Shown here: in pieces, positions 14,139 through 30,600 of the stretch
Numbering within the stretch: position 1 is the stretch's first letter
How the letters are laid out: every line of letters begins with the position of its first letter
Assembly: GCF_009914755.1 (NCBI RefSeq)
Contig: NC_060925.1
Origin: the human T2T-CHM13v2.0 reference genome, Homo sapiens
Reading direction: 5' to 3' (one strand)
Length of the DNA stretch: 64,000 nucleotides
Notes under the pieces: model-generated
Told to the model about the DNA's origin: nothing
The model's input: only the letters and a program-made list of their open reading frames with translations
Databases searched by the model: none
Translations under genes and position numbers: made by a program

Positions 14139-17100
14139 ATGGAATCGTCATCGAATGAATTGAATGCAATCATCGAATGGTCTCGAATGGAATCATCTTC
14201 AAATGGAATGGAATGGAATCATCGCATAGAATCGAATGGAATTATCATCGAATGGAATCGAATGGAATCAACATCAAACGGAAAAAAACGGAATTATCGA
14301 ATGGAATCGAAGAGAATCATCGAATGGACCCGAATGGAATCATCTAATGGAATGGAATGGAATAATCCATGGACTCGAATGCAATCATCATCGAATGGAA
14401 TCGAATGGAATCATCGAATGGACTCGAATGGAATAATCATTGAACGGAATCGAATGGAATCATCATCGGATGGAAATGAATGGAATCATCATCGAATGGA
14501 ATCGAATAGAATTATGGAATGAAATCCAGTGTGATCATCATCGAATGGACCCGAATGGAATCATCATCCAACGGAAGCTAATGGAATCAACATCGAATGA
14601 ATCAAATGGAAACACCATCGAATTGAAACGAATGGAATTACCATGAAATTGAAATGGATGGACTCATCCTCAAATGGATTCGAGTGGAATCATCAAATAA
14701 AATTGATTGAAATCATCATCGAATGGAATCGAATGGTATCATTGAATGGAATCGAATGGAATCATCATCAGATGGAAATGAAAGGAATCGTCATAGAATG
14801 GAATCGAATGGATTCATTGAATGGAATCAGATGGAATCATTGAATGGACTGGAATGGAATCATTGAATGGACTCGAAAGGGATCATTATTGAATGGAATT
14901 GAATGGAATCATCGAATGGTCTCGATTGGAATCATTATCAAATGGAATCGAATGGAATCACCAAATAGAATCGAATGGAACAATCATCGAATGGACTCAA
15001 ATGGAATTATCCTCAAATGGAATTGAATGGAATTATCGAATGCAATCGAATGGAATTATCGAATGCAATCGAATAGAATCATCGAATGGACTCGAATGGA
15101 ATCATCGAATGGAATGGAATGGAACAGTCAATGAACTCGAATGGAATCATCATTGAATGGAATCGAATGGAATCATCGAGTGGAATCGAATGTAATCATC
15201 ATCAAATGGAATCAAAAATAACCATCATCAAATGGAATCAAAAATAACCATCATCAATTGGTATTGAATGGAATTCTCATCAAATGGAATTCAAAGGAAT
15301 CATCATCAAATGGAACCGAATGGAATCCTCATTGAATGGAAATGAAAGGGGTCATCATCTAATGGAATCGCATGGAATCATCATCAAATGGAATCGAATG
15401 GAATCAACATCAAATGGAATCAAATGGAATCATTGAACGGAATTGAATGGAATCGTCATCGAAAGAATTGAATGCAATCATCGAATGGTCTCGAATGGAA
15501 TCATCTTCAAATGGAATGGAATGGAATCATCGCATAGAATCGAATGGAATTTTCATCGAATGGAATCGAATGGAATCAACATCAAACGGAAAAAAACGGA
15601 ATTATCGAATGGAATCGAAGAGAATCATCGAATGGACCCGAATGGAATCATCTAATGGAATGGAATGGAATAATCCATGGACTCGAATGCAATCATCATC
15701 GAATGGAATCGAATGGAATCATCGAATGGACTCGAATGGAATAATCATTGAACGGAATCGAATGGAATCATCATCGGATGGAAATGAATGGAATCATCAT
15801 CGAATGGAATCGAATAGAATTATGGAATGAAATCCAGTGTGATCATCATCGAATGGACCCGAATGGAATCATCATCCAACGGAAGCTAATGGAATCAACA
15901 TCGAATGAATCAAATGGAAACACCATCGAATTGAAACGAATGGAATTACCATGAAATTGAAATGGATGGACTCATCCTCAAATGGATTCGAGTGGAATCA
16001 TCGAATAAAATTGATTGAAATCATCATCGAATGGAATCGAATGGTATCATTGAATGGAATCGAATGGAATCATCATCAGATGGAAATGAAAGGAATCGTC
16101 ATAGAATGGAATCGAATGGATTCATTGAATGGAATCAGATGGAATCATTGAATGGACTGGAATGGAATCATTGAATGGACTCGAAAGGGATCATTATTGA
16201 ATGGAATTGAATGGAATCATCGAATGGTCTCGATTGGAATCATTATCAAATGGAATCGAATGGAATCACCGAATAGAATCGAATGGAACAATCATCGAAT
16301 GGACTCAAATGGAATTATCCTCAAATGGAATTGAATGGAATTATCGAATGCAATCGAATGGAATTATCGAATGCAATCGAATAGAATCATCGAATGGACT
16401 CGAATGGAATCATCGAATGGAATGGAATGGAACAGTCAATGAACTCGAATGGAATCATCATTGAATGGAATCGAATGGAATCATCGAGTGGAATCGAATG
16501 TAATCATCATCAAATGGAATCAAAAATAACCATCATCAAATGGAATCAAAAATAACCATCATCAATTGCTATTGAATGGAATTCTCATCAAATGGAATTC
16601 AAAGGAATCATCATCAAATGGAACCGAATGGAATCCTCATTGAATGGAAATGAAAGGGGTCTTCATCTAATGGAATCGCATGGAATCATCATAAAATGGA
16701 ATCGAATGGAATCAACATCAAATGGAATCAAATGGAATAATTGAACGGAATTGAATGGAATCGTCATCGAATGAATTGAATGCAATCATCGAATGGTCTC
16801 GAATGGAATCATCTTCAAATGGAATGGAATGGAATCATCGCATAGAATCGAAAGGAATTATCATCGAATGGAATCGAATGGAATCAACAGCAAACGGAAA
16901 AAAACGGAATTATCGAATGGAATCGAAGAGAATCATCGAATGGACCCGAATGGAATCATCTAATGGAATGGAATGGAATAATCCATGGACTCGAATGCAA
17001 TCATCATCGAATGGAATCGAATGGAATCATCCAATGGACTCGAATGGAATAATCATTGAACGGAATCGAATGGAATCATCATCGGATGGAAATGAATGGA

Positions 17101-20100
17101 ATCATCATCGAATGGAATCGAATAGAATTATGGAATGAAATCCAGTGTGATCATCATCGAATGGACCCGAATGGAATCATCATCCAACAGATGCTAATGG
17201 AATCAACATCGAATGAATCAAATGGAAACACCATCGAATTGAAACGAATGGAATTACCATGAAATTGAAATGGATGGACTCATCATCGAATGGATTCGAA
17301 AGGAATCATCGAATAAAATTGATTGAAATCATCATCGAATGGAATCGAATGGTATCATTGAATGGAATCGAATGGAATCATCATCAGATGGAAATGAATG
17401 GAATCGTCATAGAATGGAATCGAATGGATTCATTGAATGGAATCAGATGGAATCATCGAATGGACTGGAATGGAATCATTGAATGGACTCGAAAGGGATC
17501 ATTATTGAATGGAATTGAATGGAATCATCGAATGGTCTCGATTGGAATCATTATAAAATGGAATCGAATGGAATCACCGAATAGAATCGAATGGAACAAT
17601 CATCGAATGGACTCAAATGGAATTATCCTCAAATGGAATTGAATGGAATTATCGAATGCAATCGAATGGAATTATCGAATGCAATCGAATAGAATCATCG
17701 AATGGACTCGAATGGAATCATCGAATGGAATGGAATGGAACAGTCAATGAACTCGAATGGAATCATCATTGAATGGAATCGAATGGAATCATCGAGTGGA
17801 ATCGAATGTAATCATCATCAAATGGAATCAAAAATAACCATCATCAAATGGAATCAAAAATAACCATCATCAATTGGTATTGAATGGAATTCTCATCAAA
17901 TGGAATTCAAAGGAATCATCATCAAATGGAACCGAATGGAATCCTCATTGAATGGAAATGAAAGGGGTCATCATCTAATGGAATCGCATGGAATCATCAT
18001 CAAATGGAATCGAATGGAATCAACATCAAATGGAATCAAATGGAATCATTGAACGGAATTGAATGGAATCGTCATTGAATGAATTGAATACAATCATCGA
18101 ATGGTCTCGAATGGAATCATCTTCAAATGGAATGGAATGGAATCATCGCATAGAATCGAATGGAATTTTCATCGAATGGAATCGAATGGAATCAACATCA
18201 AACGGAAAAAAACGGAATTATCGAATGGAATCGAAGATAATCACCGAATGGACCCGAATGGAATCATCTAATGGAATGGAATGGAATAATCCATGGACTC
18301 GAATGCAATCATCATCGAATGGAATCGAATGGAATCATCGAATGGACTCGAATGGAATAATCATTGAACGGAATCGAATGGAATCATCATCGGATGGAAA
18401 TGAATGGAATCATCATCGAATGGAATCGAATAGAATTATGGAATGAAATCCAGTGTGATCATCATCGAATGGACCCGAATGGAATCATCATCCAACGGAA
18501 GCTAATGGAATCAACATCGAATGAATCAAATGGAAACACCATCGAATTGAAACCAATGGAATTACCATGAAATTGAAATGGATGGACTCATCCTCAAATG
18601 GATTCGAGTGGAATCATCGAATAAAATTGATTGAAATCATCATCGAATGGAATCGAATGGTATCATTGAATGGAATCGAATGGAATCATCATCAGATGGA
18701 AATGAAAGGAATCGTCATAGAATGGAATCGAATGGATTCATTGAATGGAATCAGATGGAATCATTGAATGGACTGGAATGGAATCATTGAATGGACTCGA
18801 AAGGGATCATTATTGAATGGAATTGAATGGAATCATCGAATGGTCTCGATTGGAATCATTATCAAATGGAATCGAATGGAATCACCAAATAGAATCGAAT
18901 GGAACAATCATCGAATGGACTCAAATGGAATAATCCTCAAATGGAATTGAATGGAATTATCGAATGCAATCGAATGGAATTATCGAATGCAATCGAATAG
19001 AATCATCGAATGGACTCGAATGGAATCATCGAATGGAATGGAATGGAACAGTCAATGAACTCGAATGGAATCATCATTGAATGGAATCGAATGGAATCAT
19101 CGAGTGGAATCGAATGTAATCATCATCAAATGGAATCAAAAATAATCATCATCAAATGGAATCAAAAATAACCATCATCAATTGGTATTGAATGGAATTC
19201 TCATCAAATGGAATTCAAAGGAATCATCATCAAATGGAACCGAATGGAATCCTCATTGAATGGAAATGAAAGGGGTCATCATCTAATGGAATCGCATGGA
19301 ATCATCATCAAATGGAATCGAATGGAATCAACATCAAATGGAATCAAATGGAATCATTGAACGGAATTGAATGGAATCGTCATCGAATGAATTGAATGCA
19401 ATCATCGAATGGTCTCGAATGGAATCATCTTCAAATGGAATGGAATGGAATCATCGCATAGAATCGAATGGAATTTTCATCGAATGGAATCGAATGGAAT
19501 CAACATCAAACGGAAAAAAACGGAATTATCGAATGGAATCGAAGAGAATCACCGAAAGAACCCGAATGGAATCATCTAATGGAATGGAATGGAATAATCC
19601 ATGGACTCGAATGCAATCATCATCGAATGGAATCGAATGGAATCATCGAATGGACTCGAATGGAATAATCATTGAACGGAATCGAATGGAATCATCATCG
19701 GATGGAAATGAATGGAATCATCATCGAATGGAATCGAATAGAATTATGGAATGAAATCCAGTGTGATCATCATCGAATGGACCCGAATGGAATCATCATC
19801 CAACGGAAGCTAATGGAATCAACATCGAATGAATCAAATGGAAACACCATCGAATTGAAACGAATGGAATTACCATGAAATTGAAATGGATGGACTCATC
19901 CTCAAATGGATTCGAGTGGAATCATCGAATAAAATTGATTGAAATCATCATCGAATGGAATCGAATGGTATCATTGAATGGAATCGAATGGAATCATCAT
20001 CAGATGGAAATGAAAGGAATCGTCATAGAATGGAATCGAATGGATTCATTGAATGGAATCAGATGGAATCATTGAATGGACTGGAATGGAATCATTGAAT

Positions 20101-23100
20101 GGACTCGAAAGGGATCATTATTGAATGGAATTGAATGGAATCATCGAATGGTCTCGATTGGAATCATTATCAAATGGAATCGAATGGAATCACCGAATAG
20201 AATCGAATGGAACAATCATCGAATGGACTCAAATGGAATTATCCTCAAATGGAATTGAATGGAATTATCGAATGCAATCGAATGGAATTATCGAATGCAA
20301 TCGAATAGAATCATCGAATGGACTCGAATGGAATCATCGAATGGAATGGAATGGAACAGTCAATGAACTCGAATGGAATCATCATTGAATGGAATCGAAT
20401 GGAATCATCGAGTGGAATCGAATGTAATCATCATCAAATGGAATCAAAAATAACCATCATCAAATGGAATCAAAAATAACCATCATCAATTGGTATTGAA
20501 TGGAATTCTCATCAAATGGAATTCAAAGGAATCATCATCAAATGGAACCGAATGGAATCCTCATTGAATGGAAATGAAAGGGGTCATCATCTAATGGAAT
20601 CGCATGGAATCATCATAAAATGGAATCGAATGGAATCAACATCAAATGGAATCAAATGGAATCATTGAACGGAATTGAATGGAATCGTCATCGAATGAAT
20701 TGAATGCAATCATCGAATGGTCTCGAATGGAATCATCTTCAAATGGAATGGAATGGAATCATCGCATAGAATCGAAAGGAATTATCATCGAATGGAATCG
20801 AATGGAATCAACACCAAACGGAAAAAAACGGAATTATCGAATGGAATCGAAGAGAATCATCGAATGGACCCGAATGGAATCATCTAATGGAATGGAATGG
20901 AATAATCCATGGACTCGAATGCAATCATCATCGAATGGAATCGAATGGAATCATCGAATGGACTCGAATGGAATAATCATTGAACGGAATCGAATGGAAT
21001 CATCATCGGATGGAAATGAATGGAATCATCATCGAATGGAATCGAATAGAATTATGGAATGAAATCCAGTGTGATCATCATCGAATGGACCCGAATGGAA
21101 TCATCATCCAACGGATGCTAATGGAATCAACATCGAATGAATCAAATGGAAACACCATCGAATTGAAACGAATGGAATTACCATGAAATTGAAATGGATG
21201 GACTCATCATCGAATGGATTCGAAAGGAATCATCGAATAAAATTGATTGAAATCATCATCGAATGGAATCGAATGGTATCATTGAATGGAATCGAATGGA
21301 ATCATCATCAGATGGAAATGAATGGAATCGTCATAGAATGGAATCGAATGGATTCATTGAATGGAATCAGATGGAATCATTGAATGGACTGGAATGGAAT
21401 CATTGAATGGACTCGAAAGGGATCATTATTGAATGGAATTGAATGGAATCATCGAATGGTCTCGATTGGAATCATTATCAAATGGAATCGAATGGAATCA
21501 CCGAATAGAATCGAATGGAACAATCATCGAATGGACTCAAATGGAATTATCCTCAAATGGAATTGAATGGAATTATCGAATGCAATCGAATGGAATTATC
21601 GAATGCAATCGAATAGAATCATCGAATGGACTCGAATGGAATCATCGAATGGAATGGAATGGAACAGTCAATGAACTCGAATGGAATCATCATTGAATGG
21701 AATCGAATGGAATCATCGAGTGGAATCGAATGTAATCATCATCAAATGGAATCAAAAATAACCATCATCAAATGGAATCAAAAATAACCATCATCAATTG
21801 GTATTGAATGGAATTCTCATCAAATGGAATTCAAAGGAATCATCATCAAATGGAACCGAATGGAATCCTCATTGAATGGAAATGAAAGGGGTCATCATCT
21901 AATGGAATCGCATGGAATCATCATCAAATGGAATCGAATGGAATCAACATCAAATGGAATCAAATGGAATCATTGAACGGAATTGAATGGAATCGTCATC
22001 GAATGAATTGAATGCAATCATCGAATGGTCTCGAATGGAATCATCTTCAAATGGAATGGAATGGAATCATCGCATAGAATCGAATGGAATTTTCATCGAA
22101 TGGAATCGAATGGAATCAACATCAAAAGGAAAAAAACGGAATTATCGAATGGAATCGAAGAGAATCACCGAATGGACCCGAATGGAATCATCTAATGGAA
22201 TGGAATGGAATAATCCATGGAATCGAATGCAATCATCATCGAATGGAATCGAATGGAATCATCGAATGGACTCGAATGGAATAATCATTGAACGGAATCG
22301 AATGGAATCATCATCGGATGGAAATGAATGGAATCATCATCGAATGGAATCGAATAGAATTATGGAATGAAATCCAGTGTGATCATCATCGAATGGACCC
22401 GAATGGAATCATCATCCAACGGAAGCTAATGGAATCAACATCGAATGAATCAAATGGAAACACCATCGAATTGAAACGAATGGAATTACCATGAAATTGA
22501 AATGGATGGACTCATCCTCAAATGGATTCGAGTGGAATCATCGAATAAAATTGATTGAAATCATCATCGAATGGAATCGAATGGTATCATTGAATGGAAT
22601 CGAATGGAATCATCATCAGATGGAAATGAAAGGAATCGTCATAGAATGGAATCGAATGGATTCATTGAATGGAATCAGATGGAATCATTGAATGGACTGG
22701 AATGGAATCATTGAATGGACTCGAAAGGGATCATTATTGAATGGAATTGAATGGAATCATCGAATGGTCTCGATTGGAATCATTATCAAATGGAATCGAA
22801 TGGAATCACCGAATAGAATCGAATGGAACAATCATCGAATGGACTCAAATGGAATTATCCTCAAATGGAATTGAATGGAATTATCGAATGCAATCGAATG
22901 GAATTATCGAATGCAATCGAATAGAATCATCGAATGGATTCGAATGGAATCATCGAATGGAATGGAATGGAACAGTCAATGAACTCGAATGGAATCATCA
23001 TTGAATGGAATCGAATGGAATCATCGAGTGGAATCGAATGTAATCATCATCAAATGGAATCAAAAATAACCATCATCAAATGGAATCAAAAATAACCATC

Positions 23101-26100
23101 ATCAATTGGTATTGAATGGAATTCTCATCAAATGGAATTCAAAGGAATCATCATCAAATGGAACCGAATGGAATCCTCATTGAATGGAAATGAAAGGGGT
23201 CATCATCTAATGGAATCGCATGGAATCATCATAAAATGGAATCGAATGGAATCAACATCAAATGGAATCAAATGGAATATTTGAACGGAATTGAATGGAA
23301 TCGTCATCGAATGAATTGAATGCAATCATCGAATGGTCTCGAATGGAATCATCTTCAAATGGAATGCAATGGAATCATCGCATAGAATCGAAAGGAATTA
23401 TCATCGAATGGAATCGAATGGAATCAACACCAAACGGAAAAAAACGGAATTATCGAATGGAATCGAAGAGAATCATCGAATGGACCCGAATGGAATCATC
23501 TAATGGAATGGAAAGGAATAATCCATGTACTCGAATGCAATCATCATCGAATGGAATCGAATGGAATCATCCAATGGACTCGAATGGAATAATCATTGAA
23601 CGGAATCGAATGGAATCATCATCGGATGGAAATGAATGGAATCATCATCGAATGGAATCGAATAGAATTATGGAATGAAATCCAGTGTGATCATCATCGA
23701 ATGGACCCGAATGGAATCATCATCCAACGGATGCTAATGGAATCAACATCGAATGAATCAAATGGAAACACCATCGAATTGAAACGAATGGAATTACCAT
23801 GAAATTGAAATGGATGGACTCATCATCGAATGGATTCGAAAGGAATCATCGAATAAAATTGATTGAAATCATCATCGAATGGAATCGAATGGTATCATTG
23901 AATGGAATCGAATGGAATCATCATCAGATGGAAATGAATGGAATCGTCATAGAATGGAATCGAATGGATTCATTGAATGGAATCAGATGGAATCATTGAA
24001 TGGACTGGAATGGAATCATTGAATGGACTCGAAAGGGATCATTATTGAATGGAATTGAATGGAATCATCGAATGGTCTCGATTGGAATCATTATCAAATG
24101 GAATCGAATGGAATCACCGAATAGAATCGAATGGAACAATCATCGAATGGACTCAAATGGAATTATCCTCAAATGGAATTGAATGGAATTATCGAATGCA
24201 ATCGAATGGAATTATCGAATGCAATCGAATAGAATCATCGAATGGACTCGAATGGAATCATCGAATGGAATGGAATGGAACAGTCAATGAACTCGAATGG
24301 AATCATCATTGAATGGAATCGAATGGAATCATCGAGTGGAATCGAATGTAATCATCATCAAATGGAATCAAAAATAACCATCATCAAATGGAATCAAAAA
24401 TAACCATCATCAATTGGTATTGAATGGAATTCTCATCAAATGGAATTCAAAGGAATCATCATCAAATGGAACCGAATGGAATCCTCATTGAATGGAAATG
24501 AAAGGGGTCATCATCTAATGGAATCGCATGGAATCATCATCAAATGGAATCGAATGGAATCAACATCAAATGGAATCAAATGGAATCATTGAACGGAATT
24601 GAATGGAATCGTCATCGAATGAATTGAATGCAATCATCGAATGGTCTCGAATGGAATCATCTTCAAATGGAATGGAATGGAATCATCGCATAGAATCGAA
24701 TGGAATTTTCATCGAATGGAATCGAATGGAATCAACATCAAACGGAAAAAAACGGAATTATCGAATGGAATCGAAGAGAATCACCGAATGGACCCGAATG
24801 GAATCATCTAATGGAATGGAATGGAATAATCCATGGACTCGAATGCAATCATCATCGAATGGAATCGAATGGAATCATCGAATGGACTCGAATGGAATAA
24901 TCATTGAACGGAATCGAATGGAATCATCATCGGATGGAAATGAATGGAATCATCATCGAATGGAATCGAATAGAATTATGGAATGAAATCCAGTGTGATC
25001 ATCATCGAATGGACCCGAATGGAATCATCATCCAACGGAAGCTAATGGAATCAACATCGAATGAATCAAATGGAAACACCATCGAATTGAAACGAATGGA
25101 ATTACCATGAAATTGAAATGGATGGACTCATCCTCAAATGGATTCGAGTGGAATCATCGAATAAAATTGATTGAAATCATCATCGAATGGAATCGAATGG
25201 TATCATTGAATGGAATCGAATGGAATCATCATCAGATGGAAATGAAAGGAATCGTCATAGAATGGAATCGAATGGATTCATTGAATGGAATCAGATGGAA
25301 TCATTGAATGGACTGGAATGGAATCATTGAATGGACTCGAAAGGGATCATTATTGAATGGAATTGAATGGAATCATCGAATGGTCTCGATTGGAATCATT
25401 ATCAAATGGAATCGAATGGAATCACCGAATAGAATCGAATGGAACAATCATCGAATGGACTCAAATGGAATTATCCTCAAATGGAATTGAATGGAATTAT
25501 CGAATGCAATCGAATGGAATTATCGAATGCAATCGAATAGAATCATCGAATGGACTCGAATGGAATCATCGAATGGAATGGAATGGAACAGTCAATGAAC
25601 TCGAATGGAATCATCATTGAATGGAATCGAATGGAATCATCGAGTGGAATCGAATGTAATCATCATCAAATGGAATCAAAAATAACCATCATCAAATGGA
25701 ATCAAAAATAACCATCATCAATTGGTATTGAATGGAATTCTCATCAAATGGAATTCAAAGGAATCATCATCAAATGGAACCGAATGGAATCCTCATTGAA
25801 TGGAAATGAAAGGGGTCATCATCTAATGGAATCGCATGGAATCATCATAAAATGGAATCGAATGGAATCAACATCAAATGGAATCAAATGGAATATTTGA
25901 ACGGAATTGAATGGAATCGTCATCGAATGAATTGAATGCAATCATCGAATGGTCTCGAATGGAATCATCTTCAAATGGAATGCAATGGAATCATCGCATA
26001 GAATCGAAAGGAATTATCATCGAATGGAATCGAATGGAATCAACACCAAACGGAAAAAAACGGAATTATCGAATGGAATCGAAGAGAATCATCGAATGGA

Positions 26101-27195
26101 CCCGAATGGAATCATCTAATGGAATGGAAAGGAATAATCCATGGACTCGAATGCAATCATCATCGAATGGAATCGAATGGAATCATCCAATGGACTCGAA
26201 TGGAATAATCATTGAACGGAATCGAATGGAATCATCATCGGATGGAAATGAATGGAATCATCATCGAATGGAATCGAATAGAATTATGGAATGAAATCCA
26301 GTGTGATCATCATCGAATGGACCCGAATGGAATCATCATCCAACGGATGCTAATGGAATCAACATCGAATGAATCAAATGGAAACACCATCGAATTGAAA
26401 CGAATGGAATTACCATGAAATTGAAATGGATGGACTCATCATCGAATGGATTCGAAAGGAATCATCGAATAAAATTGATTGAAATCATCATCGAATGGAA
26501 TCGAATGGTATCATTGAATGGAATCGAATGGAATCATCATCAGATGGAAATGAATGGAATCGTCATAGAATGGAATCGAATGGATTCATTGAATGGAATC
26601 AGATGGAATCATCGAATGGACTGGAATGGAATCATTGAATGGACTCGAAAGAGATCATGATTGAATGGAATTGAATAGAATCATCGAATGGTCTCGATTG
26701 GAATCATTATCAAATGGAATCGAATGGAATCACCGAATAGAATCGAATGGAACAATCATCGAATGGACTCAAATGGAATTATCCTCAAATGGAATCGAAT
26801 GGAATTATCGAATGCAATCGAATAGAATCATCGAATGGACTCGAATGGAATCATCGAATGGAATGGAATGGAACAGTCAATGAACTCGAATGGAATCATC
26901 ATTGAATGGAATCGAATGGAATCATCGAGTGGAATCGAATGGAATTATGATCAAATGGAATCGAATGTAATCATCATCAAATGGAATCAAAAATAACGAT
27001 CATCAATTGGTATTGAATGGAATTGTCATCAAATGGAATTGAAAGGAATCATCATCAAATGGAACCGAATGGAATCCTCATTGATTGGAAATGAAAGTGG
27101 TCATCATCTAATGGAATTGCATGGAATCATCATCAAATGGAATCGAATGGAATCATCATGAAATGGAATCTAAGGGAATCATTGAACAGAATTGA
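14139..27195 (+). repeat. Pure tandem run of 10 L modules (1308-bp period; last one 1285 bp)
   Basis: Starts at 14139, 15447, 16755, 18063, 19371, 20679, 21987, 23295, 24603, 25911 with no intervening S module. Confidence 0.92.
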
Positions 27196-27663
27196 ATGGA
27201 ATCGTCATCGAATGAATTGAATGCAATCATCGAATGATCTCGAATGGAATCATCTTCAAATGGAAAGGAATGGAATCATCGCATAGAATCGAATGGAATT
27301 ATCATCGAATGGAATCCAATGGTATCAACATCAAACGGAAAAAAACGGAATTATGGAATGGAATCGAAGAGAATCTTCGAACGGACCCGAATGGAATCAT
27401 CTAATGGAATGGAATGGAATAATCCATGGACTCGAATGCAATCATCATCAAATGGAATCGAACGGAATCATCGAATGGACTCGAATGGAATAATCATTGA
27501 ACGGAATCGAATGGAATCATCATCGGATGGAAACGAATGGAATCATCATCGAATGGAAATGAAAGGAGTCATCATCTAATGGAATTGCATGGAATCATCA
27601 TAAAATGGAATCGAATGGAATCATCATCAAATGGAATCAAATGGAATCATTGAATGGAATTGA

Positions 27664-30600
27664 ATGGAATCGTCATCGAATGAATTGAATGCAATCATCG
27701 AATGGTCTCGAATGGAATCATCTTCTAATGGAAAGGAATGGAATCATCGCATAGAATCGAATGGAATTATCATCGAATGGAATCGAATGGTATCAACACC
27801 AAACGGAAAAAAACGGAATTATCGAATGGAATCGAAGAGAATCTTCGAACGGACCCGAATGGAATCATCTAATGGAATGGAATGGAATAATCCATGGACT
27901 CGAATGCAATCATCATCGAATGGAATGGAATGGAATCATCGAATGGACTCGAATGGAATAATCATTGAACGGAATCGAATGGAATCATCATCGGATGGAA
28001 ACGAATGGAATCATCATCGAATGGAAATGAAAGGAGTCATCATCTAATGGAATTGCATGGAATCATCATAAAATGGAATCGAATGGAATCAACATCAAAT
28101 GGAATCAAATGGAATCATTGAACGAAATTGAATGGAATCGTCATCGAATGAATTGACTGCAATCATCGAATGGTCTCGAATGGAATCATCTTCAAATGGA
28201 ATGGAATGGAATCATCGCATAGAATCGAGTGGAATTATCATCGAATGGAATCGAATGGAATCAACATCAAACGGAAAAAAACGGAATTATCGAATGGAAT
28301 CGAAGAGAATCATCGAATGGACCCGAATGGAATCATCTAATGGAATGGAATGGAATAATCCATGGACTCGAATGCAATCATCATCGAATGGAATCGAATG
28401 GAATCATCGAATGGACTCGAATGGAATAATCATTGAACGGAATCGAATGGAATCATCATCGGATGGAAATGAATGGAATCATCATCGAATGGAATCGAAT
28501 AGAATTATGGAATGAAATCCAGTGTGATCATCATCGAATGGACCCGCATGGAATCATCATCCAACGGAAGCTAATGGAATCAACATCGAATGAATCGAAT
28601 GGAAACACCATCGAATTGAAACGAATGGAATTATCATGAAATTGAAATGGATGGACTCATCATCGAATGGATTCGAATCGAATCATCGAATAAAATTGAT
28701 TGAAATCATCATCAAATGGAATCGAATGGTATCATTGAATGGAATCGAATGGAATCATCATCAGATGGAAATGAATGGAATCGTCATAGAATGGAATCGA
28801 ATGGATTCATTGAATGGAATCAGATGGAATCATCGAATGGACTGGAATGGAATCATTGAATGGACTTGAAAGGGATCATTATTGAATGGAATTGAATGGA
28901 ATCATCGAATGGTCTCGATTGGAATCATTACCAAATGGAATCGAATGGAATCACCGAATAGAATCGAATGGAACAATCATCGAATGGACTCAAATGGAAT
29001 TATCCTCAAATGGAATCGAATGGAATTATCGAATGCAATCGAATAGAATCATCGAAAGGACTCGAATGGAATCATCGAATGGAATGGAATGGAACAGTCA
29101 ATGAACTCGAATGGAATCATCATTGAATGGAATCGAATGGAATCATCGAGTGGAATTGAATGGAATTATGATCAAATGGAATCGAATGTAATCATCATCA
29201 AATGGAATCAAAAATAACCATCATCAATTGGTATTGAATGGATTTGTCATCAAATGGAATTCAAAGGAATCATCATCAAATGGAACCGAATGGAATCCTC
29301 ATTGAATGGAAATGAAAGGGGTCATCATCTAATGGAATCGCATGGAATCATCATCAAATGGAATCGAATGGAATCATCATCAAATGGAATCTAATGGAAT
29401 CATTGAACAGAATTGAATGGAATCGTCATCGAATGAATTGAATGCAATCATCGAATGGTCTCGAATGGAATCATCTTCTAATGGAAAGGAATGGAATCAT
29501 CGCATAGAATCGAATGGAATTATCATCGAATGGAATCGAATGGTATCAACACCAAACGGAAAAAAACGGAATTATCGAATTGAATCGAAGAGAATCTTCG
29601 AACGGACCCGAATGGAATCATCTAATTGAATGGAATGGAATAATCCATGGACTCGAATGCAATCATCATCGAATGGAATCGAATGGAATCATCGAATGGA
29701 CTCGAATGGAATAATCATTGAACGGAATCGAATGGAATCATCATCGGATGGAAACGAATGGAATCATCATCGAATGGAAATGAAAGGAGTCATCATCTAA
29801 TGGAATTTCATGGAATCATCATAAAATGGAATCGAATGGAATCAACATCAAATGGAATCAAATGGAATCATTGAACGGAATTGAATGGAATCGTCATCGA
29901 ATGAATTGACTGCAATCATCGAATGGTCTCGAATGGAATCATCTTCAAATGGAATGGAATGGAATCATCGCATAGAATCGAATGGAATTATCATCGAATG
30001 GAATCGAATGGAATCAACATCAAACGGAAAAAAACAGAATTATCGTATGGAATCGAAGAGAATCATCGAATGGACCCGAATGGAATCATCTAATGGAATG
30101 GAATGGAATAATCCATGGACTCGAATGCAATCATCATCGAATGGAATCGAATGGAATCATCGAATGGACTCGAATGGAATAATCATTGAACGGAATCGAA
30201 TGGAATCATCATCGGATGGAAATGAATGGAATCATCATCGAATGGAATCGAATAGAATTATGGAATGAAATCCAGTGTGATCATCATCGAATGGACCCGA
30301 ATGGAATCATCATCCAACGGAAGCTAATGGAATCAACATCGAATGAATCGAATGGAAACACCATCGAATTGAAACGAATGGAATTATCATGAAATTGAAA
30401 TGGATGGACTCATCATCGAATGGATTCGAATGGAATCATCGAATAAAATTGATTGAAATCATCATCCAATGGAATCGAATGGTATCATTGAATGGAATCG
30501 AATGGAATCTTCATCAGATGGAAATGAATGGAATCGTCATAGAATGGAATCGAATGGATTCATTGAATGGAATCAGATGGAATCATCGAATGGACTGGAA

